Shown piece after piece: positions 35,705 through 48,485 of a stretch of 56,695 nt of DNA. Source of the stretch: Octopus bimaculoides (Eukaryota); assembly GCF_001194135.2 (NCBI RefSeq), contig NC_069006.1, positions 25,794,570 through 25,851,264 of the forward strand, written 5' to 3'. The notes beneath the pieces were generated by a model. That model ran no database searches, was not told the origin of the DNA, and was given only the letters and a program-made list of their open reading frames with translations. Position 1 is the first letter of the stretch. Each line of letters begins with the position of its first letter. The translations under genes were made by a program, and so were the position numbers.

Positions 35705-36460
35705 ATGCTCCGTTGGATGTATAATGTCAATGTGAATACCCGTCAGAGTGTAAGTATCTTGAGAGAAAAGCTGAACATTAGAAGCATCAGTTGTGGTGTG
35801 CAAGAGAGACGATTGCGCTGGTATGGACATGTGGTGAGAATGGATGAGGATAGCTGCGTGAAAAAGTGCCACACCCTAACAGTTGAGGGAACCCGTGGAA
35901 GAGGTAGGCCCAGGAAGACCTGGGCTGAGGTGGTGAGGCAAGACCTTCGTATATTGGGCCTCNNNNNNNNNNNNNNNNNNNNNNNNNNNNNNNNNNNNNN
36001 NNNNNNNNNNNNNNNNNNNNNNNNNNNNNNNNNNNNNNNNNNNNNNNNNNNNNNNNNNNNNNNNNNNNNNNNNNNNNNNNNNNNNNNNNNNNNNNNNNNN
36101 NNNNNNNNNNNNNNNNNNNNNNNNNNNNNNNNNNNNNNNNNNNNNNNNNNNNNNNNNNNNNNNNNNNNNNNNNNNNNNNNNNNNNNNNNNNNNNNNNNNN
36201 NNNNNNNNNNNNNNNNNNNNNGGCACATAAAAGACACCATTTCGAGCGTGGCCATTTTCGTGCGGGTGACACGTAAAAGCACCCACTACACTCTCTGAGT
36301 GGTTGGCGTTAGGAAGGGCATCCAGCTGTAGAAACTCTGCCAAATTAGATTGGAGCCTGGTGTTGCCATCCGGTTTCACCAGTCCTCAGTCAAATCGTCC
36401 AACCCATGCTAGCATGGAAAGCGGACGTTAAACGATGATGATGATGATGATGATGATGAT
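35705..36460 (+). mobile_element. RTE-clade LINE, 5'-truncated, split by gap 35963-36221
   Basis: MLRWMYNVNVNTRQSVSILREKLNIRSISCGVQERRLRWYGHVVRMDEDSCVKKCHTLTVEGTRGRGRPRKTWAEVVRQDLRILGL (RTE RLRWYGHV and GRGRPRKTW motifs, no stops); 3' UTR and (GAT)9 tail after the gap. Confidence 0.93.
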
Positions 36461-37147
36461 ATACACATACATATACCTCTATATCTAACCATCTGCCTGT
36501 CTGTCCACACTGTTTGTATATCTACTATACAGGTTACATATATCGTACCTTGATACTATTTGAACTGAAACCCCCGCTTGACAGGCCTCTGATATTAAAT
36601 AAAGTGTCAATGCTTATGGTATGCAAATCAGTCATTCCAATCTTCTGTTGCTACTGTTATTGTTGACTATATAAAGAGATTGTCTGCTTGTTTCTCTGGA
36701 ATTGGTGAAATTAATGGAGATAACACGCCTCTGATGAGAACCCAACAAGATTTATTCAATCTACAAAGAAACAGTCCACTTTGCACTGCTTATACATTTT
36801 ACTGTATAGATTACATACTGTTATAACACATTCACATCAAATTACCTTGCTAATGCATCCGTCTCTCATGTCTACATCAGCCAATAATACCACTTCTATC
36901 AAAAGGATTTCTCCACTCAGATTTTCTTCTAAGTCAATGGACCATATTTAATTTGTTACTCTGTAATTTGTTGCAGAGTTTCTGCAGTGATTGCCTCTTA
37001 TTTCTATACATCACATTAATAATGATACACTTTTAAAAATTCTCCTCACATAGTTTGTATTTATTTGTTTATTGACATTTTGTGTTTTATTCTGTGAAGG
37101 GTAACATCATTTGTAACAGTTTGTTAATGGATCAGTTTACTCGCGAA

Positions 37148-37490
37148 GGTGCATAGCTCAGTGGTTAGAGTGTCAGGATCACAATCATGAGGTAGAGAGT
37201 TCAATTCCCAGACTGGGCTGTGTGTTGTGTTCTTGAGCAAGACACTTGATTTCATGTTGCCCCAGTTCACTCAGCTGTAGAAATGAGTTATGATGTCACT
37301 GATGCCAAGCTGTATCAGCCCCTTTGCCTTTTCCTTGGATAACATCGGTGGCGTTGAGAGGGGAGGCTGGTATGCATGGGTGACTGCTGGTCTTCCATAA
37401 AACAACCTTGCTTGGACTTGTGCCTGGGAGGGGAACTTTCTAGGTGCAATCCCATGGTCATTAAATGATTGAAGGGGGTCTTTACCCTTT
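37148..37490 (+). mobile_element. SINE family C, full length, tail type 1 (reference copy)
   Basis: Pol III box A tagctcagtgg (37154-37164) and box B gttcaattcc (37199-37208); core tgtgttcttgagcaagacac; tail ends gaagggggtctttacccttt. Confidence 0.9.
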
Positions 37491-37939
37491 AATAGTTGTG
37501 GTGGAAGTGATAGATGTGGTGATAGTAGTTGTAGTGTTGGTGGTTGTTGTGGCAGTGGTAACAGTAGTGGCAATGATTGTAAAAGGCAGTGGTCTTCCTG
37601 ATGGTGGTGGTGGTCATTGTTGTCATTTATGATTAATCCTCATTCAGGCTCAGTCCATCATCTTACCTTAATCTTGCCTGTACTAAACTAGATTAAGAGA
37701 AGTTGGATTAGAACAGTCAGAACTCAAGGCAGGGCTACAAATGTGGTGGTGGTGGTGGCGGGGGGATGGGGCTCATGTCCAAACTTTTGGTCAGTTTCCT
37801 TTATTTATGAGAGGTGTCCACTTGGCCACACAATGACAACAGCCGCATCAATAAGAAGCCAGCTGTTTTGTGTTGACAAATCCTGTTTGAAGTTGTACTT
37901 TATCATGCTGAGTGTCTTTAAGAGATGAGACATAGAATC

Positions 37940-37944
37940 AAAAT

Positions 37945-37978
<34 letters not shown>

Positions 37979-38265
37979 CTGAGAGAGGGAAAAACTGAGA
38001 GAAAGAAAGTGTGTAGAGTAGGGGGGGGAGAAAGGGAGAGAAAGTATGAGACAACATAAGATTGTGTGTGTGTGTGTCAGGAGGGAAAGAATGTGTGAAA
38101 GTTAAGAGAGAGAGAGAGAGAGAGAAATCTGTGTAGAGATATTGTGTGTGTGTGTGAAAGAGAGAGAGAGAAAGAGATAGGATAAGTGTGAGGTAGGGGT
38201 AGAGCAAGATAGCATGTGGGAGCTATGGAGAGTGTGAGGTGTGTGTGTGGAGTGGAGAGATATTT

Positions 38266-38300
<35 letters not shown>
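37940..38300. repeat. Compound (GA)n/(GT)n tract
   Basis: Directly visible. Confidence 0.8.
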
Positions 38301-38304
<4 letters not shown>

Positions 38305-39055
38305 AACAAGGAAAGTAGTTTTTGGGGAGGCATGGTCTGATGTAATGAGAAATAAATAAATAAAAGGCAAATCTAAAAGCCAGCATCTTTGAGGTTGTCT
38401 CATTGAATGCAGCCAGTGGCAATTAATGGTGTGATAAGAAATAGAAAGTGTTGATTACGTAGTAAATAAATTACTTAAAGAGCTCTCTCTGCTGTTAACA
38501 ACCTCCAGGATGACAGACAGCTTTCGACTTCGACTGAGGTGGTGGCCTGAGAAATGGTTTGAGGAGAAACGGAACTCGTTTCATTAAAGTCTGTTTTAAT
38601 GGGAATTATAAGTGATTGCCGTTAATGATGCCTGCATTAAGGCACACCCCCCACTGTACCCAACTCCTCCTGCTTCCATCCCCATCTGCTCAAGCAACAA
38701 CAACAGCAACAATAAATACCATAAGATGTATTACATTGGAATCAGGAAATAAGAAAAAAAACATAACATGAAAAACAAACACGGTGTTTGCAATAAAAAT
38801 AGCAATTTGTTTTTTTAATGCTTTTTTAATGATGAGGTGTGATTGGGTATTGATTACAACTAAGGTAGTGTGGTTTTCTTTATATTGATTGGATACCTGG
38901 AACTAAAAAAAAAATGTCACTGATCTTCAAATGATATCTCTCTGTGACATTTGTTCTGCAATCAGTTACAGACACTCCCTGGTTGCTCTTGGTGTTAGAA
39001 ATGCACATATGGTTGTGAAGCATGGGCCTGGTGTACCCTTATCATGATGGGTATA

Positions 39056-39190
39056 CTGGGATTCATATATTTTACCCCACTGTCAACCCCAAAAGAATGA
39101 AAGCCAAAGTCGACTCTAGCAGGATCTGAACTCAGAACATAAAGATGGAGGAATTGCTGCTAAGCATTTTGTCCAGCGTGCTAACGATGG
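39056..39190 (-). mobile_element. SINE family B
   Basis: gaatgaaagccaaagtcgact...tgaactcagaac...gctaagcattttgtccagcgtgctaacga. Confidence 0.8.
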
Positions 39191-39684
39191 GGAGAAATTT
39201 CAGAAAGTTCTGAAATGAAATCTAAAACATCAGCAGAATGTTTGTAAGACGAAATAAGGAAGTGAAATGGAAGGACAGTTTGACAATAGAGACAGCCCCC
39301 CCCCCACCCTCAACATATGAAATATATCTCCACTACCCCCATCAACAGCAGCAGCAGCATCACCACCCTTATTACAGATCAGATGTTGTTTAAGATATTG
39401 TATAATGTAATTATGGGATTTGGTAATTAGGACTTTTGGAAATGGTCTTTTGTGTTGTTGGACGACAACCTTGGCCCTGACAAATACAAACACACACGCA
39501 TGCACACACGCACACACACACATATATATAGAGAGTTTGAAGAAATTACATATATGATAATGTATTCACTCGTACATACACACACACACATACATACACA
39601 TGAATGCATACGCATACTGTCTTCCACTCATACACTCACTCATTGTCTTACGCATAGGAATTCCTACTTACTTACAGATGCTTA

Positions 39685-39718
<34 letters not shown>

Positions 39719-40159
39719 ATACCACTTTTCTCTCTCTCACACTCTCGAGCTATCTATCTATCACACACATGCACACATACATTTGATACCACTCTTCTCT
39801 CTACTTCACACACACATGTACACACACTCACACTCACACTCACACTCACATAGCTTAACACTATAAGGAAGACGACAACCTTGATTCTAACTTCTGCCAG
39901 TTGGTGTCAAGATATTTACAGAACAACAGTGTTGGCATGTTTGTATGGAGCACAGGGTGGTTGTTTAAACATATGCAGGGTACAGGGTGACAGGCTACAC
40001 ATGTATACATATATGGGGTACAGGGTGGCAGATTAAATGCATGTGTGCAGTGGCGTAGTTAATAGGGGAGCAAGGGGAGCGACTGCTCCCCCACAAGCAC
40101 ATCTTTCAAAATTGGCTGCTTTTCAACAATTTTTTGTTCATTCGTTTCTTTTCATTATT

Positions 40160-40450
40160 TTCTTTTATTTGTTTCCAATCATTTCACTGTGGCCATACTG
40201 GAGCACCACCTTGAAGGGTTTTAGTCAAACAAATCAACCTGGACCTATTGCTTGTAATCTTAGTACTTATTCTATCAGTCTCTTTTACCAAACTCTTAAG
40301 TTAGAGGGATGTAAACACACCAACACCGGTTGTCAAGGGGTGATGGGAGGACAAACACAGACACAAAGACACACACACACACAGATATATACATATATAC
40401 ACATACATATATGTGTGTGTGTGTGTGTATACGATAGGCTTCTTTCAGAA
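40160..40450 (-). mobile_element. SINE family A (3' module, microsatellite, head stub)
   Basis: tttgtttccaatcatttcactgtggccatactggagcaccacc...gataggcttctttcag. Confidence 0.85.
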
Positions 40451-40554
40451 TTCTGAGCACAAGTTAAGGAACTAGATAAGTGTTTGGGATGAGACTTTGG
40501 TGAAGATCTAGATTGTTATTGTTTTGGACTCAGTTTCAAGATTCAAGGAATTTC

Positions 40555-40690
40555 ACAGTGTTGGTGGTGGTGGTGATGGTGGTGGTGGTGTTGGTGGTAG
40601 TGGTGGTAGTTATGGTCGTTGTGGTGGTGGTGGTTGTAGTGGTAATGGTAGCAGTGATGGTGGTGGTGGTGGTGGTGTTGGTGGTGGTAT
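40555..40690. repeat. (GGT)n tract
   Basis: Directly visible. Confidence 0.85.
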
Positions 40691-42676
40691 ATGAGTTATT
40701 GACTAATTGAATAAGAGCAATAATTATTTCTGTCTTTGTGGATTTAAGCGTAAGAATTTCGTCAGATTCCAGAGTTTGAGTTTTGGAATTCCTTATAATT
40801 TCGCTGAAGTCTGCTGGCAGGAAAGAATCAAAGAAATCTGTATTGTTTGCATTTTGTGCTTCTAATGGCTTACATTATAAAAGACATGCAGGGGAACATC
40901 GGTAAGTTTAATACAGGCGGCAGGGTGAGAGGATGAGATGTGACTGTTGTAACAGAGAATAAAAAAGGGTTTGATGAAATTAAGATCAGCTATGAGTGTT
41001 GTAGGGGTAATAGGGCTAAAGTGGGGGCTGGAATTTACATTGGAGTGAGTTGTAATTATTGTAGTAAGGTAACTGAAATAAGGTTGAATGAATGTTGGAG
41101 AGAGGGAGGGAGTTGTTGAGTGGACGCTTCAGTTCTTCATTAGTACCCAGCAGCCACAGCTTTTTAATAAATTCCAGAATGTTACAAATGTATGGCTTGT
41201 CCCAGCTGTGAGAACAATCTTTTTTTTTTTAGATTGGTTTCTTACACAAACACAAGGATGGGGGCGACTTGATTAGGTTGGCCAAATACAAAACCCCGGA
41301 ACTTATTTGGTTTTGTTGGGGAGGGGGACGCGGGGTTTATGTGATGGACTTCCTGAGACCCAAAAGAAACTAATATTATTAGTATCATCATCATCACCAT
41401 CATTAGTGATTTTTACACTTATTTTCCTCTTCAGTTGATTAATTTAGTTGTACATCTTCCCTAAAACATCTGGCTATGTTTGGATATCATCATCATCATC
41501 ATCATCAACTGCAGCTGGAATCACAATTTCACCTTGTCTAAGAGTCTGCAACCATTGCTTGGAACTTGGAAGCATTTTCTACCTCCATGTAATAAATTCC
41601 AGTTTTCTTCAACAATTTTCATTCTGATAACTCAGCTGTGGCACATTTTTGGCTTCAGGATATTTCCATTGTGTTGACCATTCTCTCTTCATCCCCAGTG
41701 TGCCCTGTGCTGTGTTTGCACATTGGTCCAGCCATGCCCAACACATCTGGTCGTCAGCTGCAAAAGATTTACTTTAACAAGTTAGCTTAACCATTCTTCT
41801 GTTATCCAGACTTGGCATTTTCAATTTGTTTCATAGTAAACTGGCTGAGATCATCCGATTCTAAGAAAGTGAGAAAATGAAGGAGGGACGGAATCAGAAA
41901 CAACTCCAGTGCTTGGCAGGTCCTTTATTTCATCATTCTCAGAAGGATGAAAGCCAAAGTTGACTTTGGCACCATTTCAACACATATTTCCCAAGACTAA
42001 AACAAACACCATGAGGTATTTCTCTGCTGCTCTTACAGTTCAGCCAGCTGACCACCTTCTGTCCTCAATGGACCAATAATTCATTTATTTATACATTTAT
42101 ATTTATTATATTTATTTAATTCTGGTGTGTAAATAAATAACTTCCACATTAAACTAATTAGAATGCAGCAGTGAAAATAACGAAGAAATACCTGCTTCTT
42201 CTGTTGTTTACTTTTTTTTGTGTTTTTGTTTTTATTCTTTCAGTTCAAAGCAACTTTGAAAACNNNNNNNNNNNNNNNNNNNNNNNNNNNNNNNNNNNNN
42301 NNNNNNNNNNNNNNNNNNNNNNNNNNNNNNNNNNNNNNNNNNNNNNNNNNNNNNNNNNNNNNNNNNNNNNNNNNNNNNNNNNNNNNNNNNNNNNNNNNNN
42401 NNNNNNNNNNNNNNNNNNNNNNNNNNNNNNNNNNNNNNNNNNNNNNNNNNNNNNNNNNNNNNNNNNNNNNNNNNNNNNNNNNNNNNNNNNNNNNNNNNNN
42501 NNNNNNNNNNNNNNNNNNNNNNNNNNNNNNNNNNNNNNNNNNNNNNNNNNNNNNNNNNNNNNNNNNNNNNNNNNNNNNNNNNNNNNNNNNNNNNNNNNNN
42601 NNNNNNNNNNNNNNNNNNNNNNNNNNNNNNNNNNNNNNNNNNNNNNNNNNNNNNNNNNNNNNNTATATATTCAGCC

Positions 42677-42736
<60 letters not shown>

Positions 42737-42813
42737 CTCTCTCTGCTCTTCTTTCAAGGTTGCTCCATCTTGTCCTACATCTTTTGCTCCCCCCCTGTTC
42801 TCTTTTTCTACCC

Positions 42814-42850
<37 letters not shown>

Positions 42851-43376
42851 CAAAACACACTAAACTCAGAGAATTTCATATACACGCTTGTGTGCATGTG
42901 CATAGACAAGTATATCTATGTGCACACACCCATACACACACACACACACACACACACAGTAAAAAGTGCACCCATACACCCATACACATCCACATAGCTA
43001 ATTAGATCCAAATGGTTCCATTTGTCAGATTGTACAATAATACCCTGAGTAATAATAAACAACTGACAAGACCCCCAACTGGGTCCATCTTCTCCCAGAG
43101 TCAGCCAAACAGCATACCTAGCTTATCTTCCACTCTAAAGCCTATTAACTCCTAATCACCTCCTCTCTGCCCTTTCTAGGTTCACCTTTTCATGTCTACA
43201 ATGACTCACCCCTAAATTTGTTCTTCATAATAGAATATATTTAAGGTGATTTCTTCCTACCAGGACCCCCATTTGTTTCAAATGGAGTGGTGGAGGTGGT
43301 GGTGGTGGTGGGGGGGGAGGATGTCGTTTGGTAAAGATTTTTGTCTATGTTGGTAAAGTATCTATGCATTTGAACG

Positions 43377-43530
43377 TGTTGTTGTTGTTGTTGTTGTTTA
43401 GTTCCCCCAGATCAATTCTGATCAAGCTGACTTAAGATTAAAAGCATTCCAGCCACGACTATTCCATCTTTTTAGGGGCATGTCTAAGATTACAGGCCCT
43501 TTACTTTTTTAAGATGATAGGGATTCAATT
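43377..43530 (-). mobile_element. Dispersed repeat family D 3' part
   Basis: (GTT)n then tttagttcccccagatc...aaaagcattccagccacgactattccatc. Confidence 0.6.
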
Positions 43531-43695
43531 TGATTGAAGTTTCGTTGTGTGTGTATGTGTGCATATATACATGTATAGTGTTTATCATAATTTCTCACAC
43601 ACACACACATGTATAAATGTATGTATGTATGTATGTATGTATGTATATATATATATATATTTATACACACATACATATATATATATGTGTGTGTG

Positions 43696-43763
<68 letters not shown>

Positions 43764-44399
43764 AATATATATAATAATATTAGGGATAAAAATCCAAATT
43801 TATAGGTACAAACTCAATTAAATTCAATTTATCAAAAAGTTTCACAGTATATAATATATAAATATATAATTTAGAGAAAAGAACCAAAGTTCATGAACTC
43901 ATCCATGAAAATCCAGTCACATAGGTTTAATAATGATCTAAACTACTTACTTTAACAAACTTTATTGCATTAGTAAAGTAATTAAAGTTACTTTAATTTT
44001 AAGAGGCATACTAGTTTAGGAGAAACAACAACCTAGCATTATAAGTTCAATTCTGACTGATGCCACTTCTAGTACAATCCCATCAAATTTATCTGTGTTC
44101 TCCTAAAACAGATTTCTTGACTAACATACAGACGGGTGGAATATTAATTATAAATACTTTGGATTTGTGCTTTGCTGCCATGCACTGGAGAGGCAGTGAC
44201 TGAAAACGGTATTTAATGCCAATTATGTGTGTTCTTCATTGTAAGATATGAATTGAATGTCAAGAACTTTGAGAGGCCTGTGTAAGGGAGAGAGAGAGAG
44301 GGAAGGGGAGAAAGAGGGAGAGAACCAAGAGAGACAAGAATTGGCAAGAGAGGGGTGGGAAGACAAAGCAATTTCAAGTAGGCTCTAACAGATAACTCT

Positions 44400-44760
44400 G
44401 GTATTCTTCATAAAATGTAAAAAAAAACAAAATGGTTTGTAGTCCTTAGCTGAGTCGGGGTAAATAGAACAATGCGAAAATATGGTTTATTCTTCTCGTC
44501 TGTGTAATAGTTTCACTCCAAAATACCCAAGGAAACATTCACCATGAATACATATATTTATTCTGAGAAGGTTAACTTTCTCAAAGACACTGGTAGCGCC
44601 AGTCACTTTCAAATGTGTTCTTCTGGTTTCTATAGTGTAAGTAAGAGAAGGCAAATATTTTGTTAATTTAGTTTTTGCATTTGGTTTGCAAGATTCTTGA
44701 AGTGAATTTGTGTGTTGAAACAAATCTTGTTGGTGTCTTGGGAGGGTCATTGCACCAATA
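44400..44760 (-). mobile_element. Old RTE/BovB-like LINE RT C-terminal remnant
   Basis: AKTKLTKYLPSLTYTIETRRTHLKVTGATSVFEKVNLLRI resembles KTKL..Y...LTY..ET......VFE.K.LRRI; next frame RRINHIF...LPRLS*GLQ. Confidence 0.55.
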
Positions 44761-45094
44761 ATAATAAATACATGCACTAATTCAATATCACGTCTTTATT
44801 GTTACTTCTTTGTTAACCAATTAACCAACTGACTAACAATAAAGAAGTGATAGTGAACCAGTGCATGTGTTTATTATTATTGGCATAATGACTCTCCCAA
44901 GACACATTATTTTGGAAATTTAATCAATTCATTAAAAGTGCATGCATAATTGTGTGGTTCAGAAGATAGTCTTGCAATGTTGCTGATCTGAGTTCAATCC
45001 TACTTCATGACACCTTGGGCCAGTGTCTTTTCACTCTCAGCCTTGATTGGCCAATTCCTTCAGAGAAATCTGCTATCTTTACATTCTGAGGTCA

Positions 45095-45292
45095 GTGTAT
45101 TTGTCACCCCACCATCGCTGGACAACTGATGTTGGTGTGTTTACATCCCTGTAACTTAGCAGTTCGGGAAAAGAGACCGATAGAATAAGTACTTGGCTCA
45201 CAAAGAATAAGTCCTGGGGTCGATTTGTTTGACTAAAGGTGGTGCTCCAGCATGGCCACAGTAAAATGACTGAAACAAATAAAAGAATAAAA
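45095..45292 (+). mobile_element. SINE family A 3' module (degenerate head upstream from about 44950)
   Basis: ccccaccatcgctggacaactgatgttggtgtgtttacatcc...gaaacaaataaaagaataaaa. Confidence 0.9.
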
Positions 45293-45304
45293 CTATATAT
45301 ATAT

Positions 45305-45352
<48 letters not shown>

Positions 45353-45650
45353 NNNNNNNNNNNNNNNNNNNNNNNNNNNNNNNNNNNNNNNNNNNNNNNN
45401 NNNNNNNNNNNNNNNNNNNNNNNNNNNNNNNNNNNNNNNNNNNNNNNNNNNNNNNNNNNNNNNNNNNNNNNNNNNNNNNNNNNNNNNNNNNNNNNNNNNN
45501 NNNNNNNNNNNNNNNNNNNNNNNNNNNNNNNNNNNNNNNNNNNNNNNNNNNNNNNNNNNNNNNNNNNNNNNNNNNNNNNNNNNNNNNNNNNNNNNNNNNN
45601 NNNNNNNNNNNNNNNNNNNNNNNNNNNNNNNNNNNNNNNNNNNNNNNNNN

Positions 45651-45725
<75 letters not shown>

Positions 45726-46997
45726 GCACACACATTTACAGTCCTGCAAGGATTGGAGGCAAGAGATAAACTAGTTTATAATTAAAGTCTCTCACTATCT
45801 GATATCCTTTTTCCTGTCGAAGCTCATTCCATATTCTGTGTCAATAAATATTCCCACTGTAAGGAGGACAGGAACTGATAAATTACCAGTGATATATATA
45901 GAGATTAATGAGTGTATATGTAGAAACCATGCCAGAGCAGACATAGAACCTGGTAGGACTCTCTGACTTGTCTGCTCGTGTCGAACAGTCCAATCCATGA
46001 CAGCAAGGGAAAAGGGATGATAAATGAGGATGAGGAGGAAGATGATGCTGATGATGATCACGACGTTTAGGCCGCCGCCGCTGCTGCCGCTGTCATCGTC
46101 CTTCCATTTTAAGGGAGATACCATATTGGTAAATCCAGGCCCTACTAGTTTGGTCTCACTTGTCCTCTGAAGCTGGTCTTGGTTGGTCAGTCTGTTCCAG
46201 AATCAGCCCTTTGGTTGGTTACTCACATGGACACCATGTCCTTCAGGCTGCAATCAAACGCTTTTCCCCAGACTCTTCATTGACCTCTGGTTACTGGATC
46301 ATACCTTTGTAATCCCGACTGCCAAGAACAAACTTGCTGTTCGTTCTACCATTCTTTACAACCATACACTTGAAAAACGAGTAAGGTTTAGCAGGAAGAG
46401 CATCCAGCCCGAGAGCCATGCCATACAAAGCTTTGTTTAATCCTTTTTAGCAAAGAAATGGTGCTGGTGATGACGATGATGACGATGGTGCATATGTGTG
46501 TGTGTGTGTGTGTGTGTGGCTCTGTGTGAGTACATATATGTTTGTATGTATAAGTATGCCATGTATGTGTGTATGTGTACACACACACACACACACACAC
46601 ACGCACGCATGCACATGATATGTATGTAAGCTCCCTGATTGTTTTCGAATATCAAAAAAAAGGTGATGCGGAGGATGTTATGGAAATTATCTTTCATGTA
46701 ATCTCAGAGAACTAATGCGCAAAATACAGAACCATTGAAAGCTCAGCTGAACCTGTTCCACTCCACTAATGTATAATGAAAGCTAAAGCCGTGTGTCTGT
46801 AATGCTTGCTTGCGTTCGTACAGATGCCCTGCCCTGCCCTGCTTCCTGTCATTCTACACTTTATGTCCTATCTCATCTTAATCACATACACGCTGCTGTA
46901 TTTTCTCTTAATATCGTACAAATGAATGCACAACGCAACTCACAGACGCAAGCACACACACAGTTTTGTGGTCCCTTCTATGATGTATGTGCATGTA

Positions 46998-47028
<31 letters not shown>

Positions 47029-47044
47029 GTAACTGTGTGTGTGA

Positions 47045-47084
<40 letters not shown>

Positions 47085-47190
47085 ATATACACACACTATT
47101 AGTGTAGGATATATATATATGCATCTGTTGCATTAATGTTGTAGGGTGTATATCAATGTAATACTGCTGGAAGGTGTATACTGGAAAATA

Positions 47191-47267
<77 letters not shown>

Positions 47268-47272
47268 ATATA

Positions 47273-47488
47273 CAGGGTTAGCCAAAAGTCACCCGACAGT
47301 AAATCAAAATTCCATAAATACTTAATATTCAATTTAATTTATTCATTCCAATTATGAATGTTTAATAATTGAATGCTGTGAGTTAAAATCACTTTTTTTT
47401 TCAACATTTGTCGATTTATTGGCGAAGTCTGATATAAAATAAATTTGGGGTTTTTGATTTACTGTCAAGGGACTTTTGGCCAACCCTG
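47273..47488. mobile_element. Tc1/mariner-type MITE (216 bp)
   Basis: 37-bp TIRs cagggttagccaaaagtcacccgacagtaaatcaaaa vs reverse complement of 47452-47488 (33/37); TA at 47271-47272 and 47489-47490. Confidence 0.9.
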
Positions 47489-47926
47489 TATACACGTATG
47501 TGTTTGGAGATCAGTTTGTTGTTTTTATATCGACATCTCTTAGTAATTTTGTTCAAGCTGAGTTATATCCTTGTGTGTGTGTGTTCACATGTGTGGCCAT
47601 ACACACGCACACATAATGTTTTAAAAGACCAAGGCTGTAGGACTGTGACCACTTGTTTGTCAATGTTCAGATATGATATCATTTATTCGGGTGCACCTGA
47701 ATAACAAGGGTACCTAAGTGTATTCACTTCAGTTTTCTTGCCTGGAACAAAAAAAAAAAAAAGAAAATTAGAAAGAAAGAAATAAGAGAAAAGGTTTGCT
47801 TCTCTTCTTCTTCATGGTTGAATGGTCAGCATTCGGAAGTGAATCCAGCTGCAAAAATAAACTCTTCAACAAGTAAGCTATTTCACCCTTGAATGCTTGT
47901 GTGTGTGTGTGTGTGTTTGCATGCGT

Positions 47927-47986
<60 letters not shown>

Positions 47987-48184
47987 GTGTTCAGCTTTTT
48001 TGAGTGCTCAGCTGTTTTTTGCTGAATGACCTGTACAGCTGATTTGTTTATTGTAATCAAATTGAGAACTACAATAAGGGTATGTGTGTCTGTGAAGTAC
48101 TCAGCCACTTGTACATTAAATTCACAAGCAGGCTGTTCCGTTGAGCGGATCAAATGGTTGTTGTAACCCTTGGGGTGCCTGGGT

Positions 48185-48485
48185 ATTTGGCTCATGATCG
48201 TGAGGGTGTGAGTTCGATTCCTGGTAGTGCATTGTGTTCTTGAGCAAGACTCTCTGTTTCCCATTGCTCCAGTTCACTCAGCTGGCAAAAATGAGTTGTA
48301 CCAGTAATTCAAAGAGGGCCAGCCTTGTCACATTCCCTGTTGGCTGAATCTCCCTGACAATGATGTTAAGGGTACACATGTCTGTGGAGCGCTCAGCTGC
48401 TTGCATGTTAGTTTCAGGGGCAAGCTGTTCAGTTGATTGGATCAGCTGGCACAGTCATTGTCTCAGCCAACGGAGTGCCAGTTTA
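48185..48485 (+). mobile_element. SINE family C, tail type 2
   Basis: Box B gttcgattcc, core tgtgttcttgagcaagac...ccagttcactcagctg, then tail gccagccttgtcacatt...gctgaatctccctga...ttaagggtacac, unlike tail 1. Confidence 0.8.

Noticed and set aside
40048-40091. hAT-like terminus cagtggcgtag with hairpin ggggagc-gact-gctcccc
   Set aside because: No matching opposite terminus or TSD found; at most a one-ended relic
40540-40826. Minus-strand acceptor followed by DFSEIIRNSKTQTLESDEIL...; similar case at 41600-41760
   Set aside because: Good acceptors but no consensus donor; frames run into simple repeat or a stop
45795-46124. 109-aa minus-strand ORF with an apparent transmembrane helix
   Set aside because: The hydrophobic stretch derives from a (GAT)n/(GCC)n simple repeat
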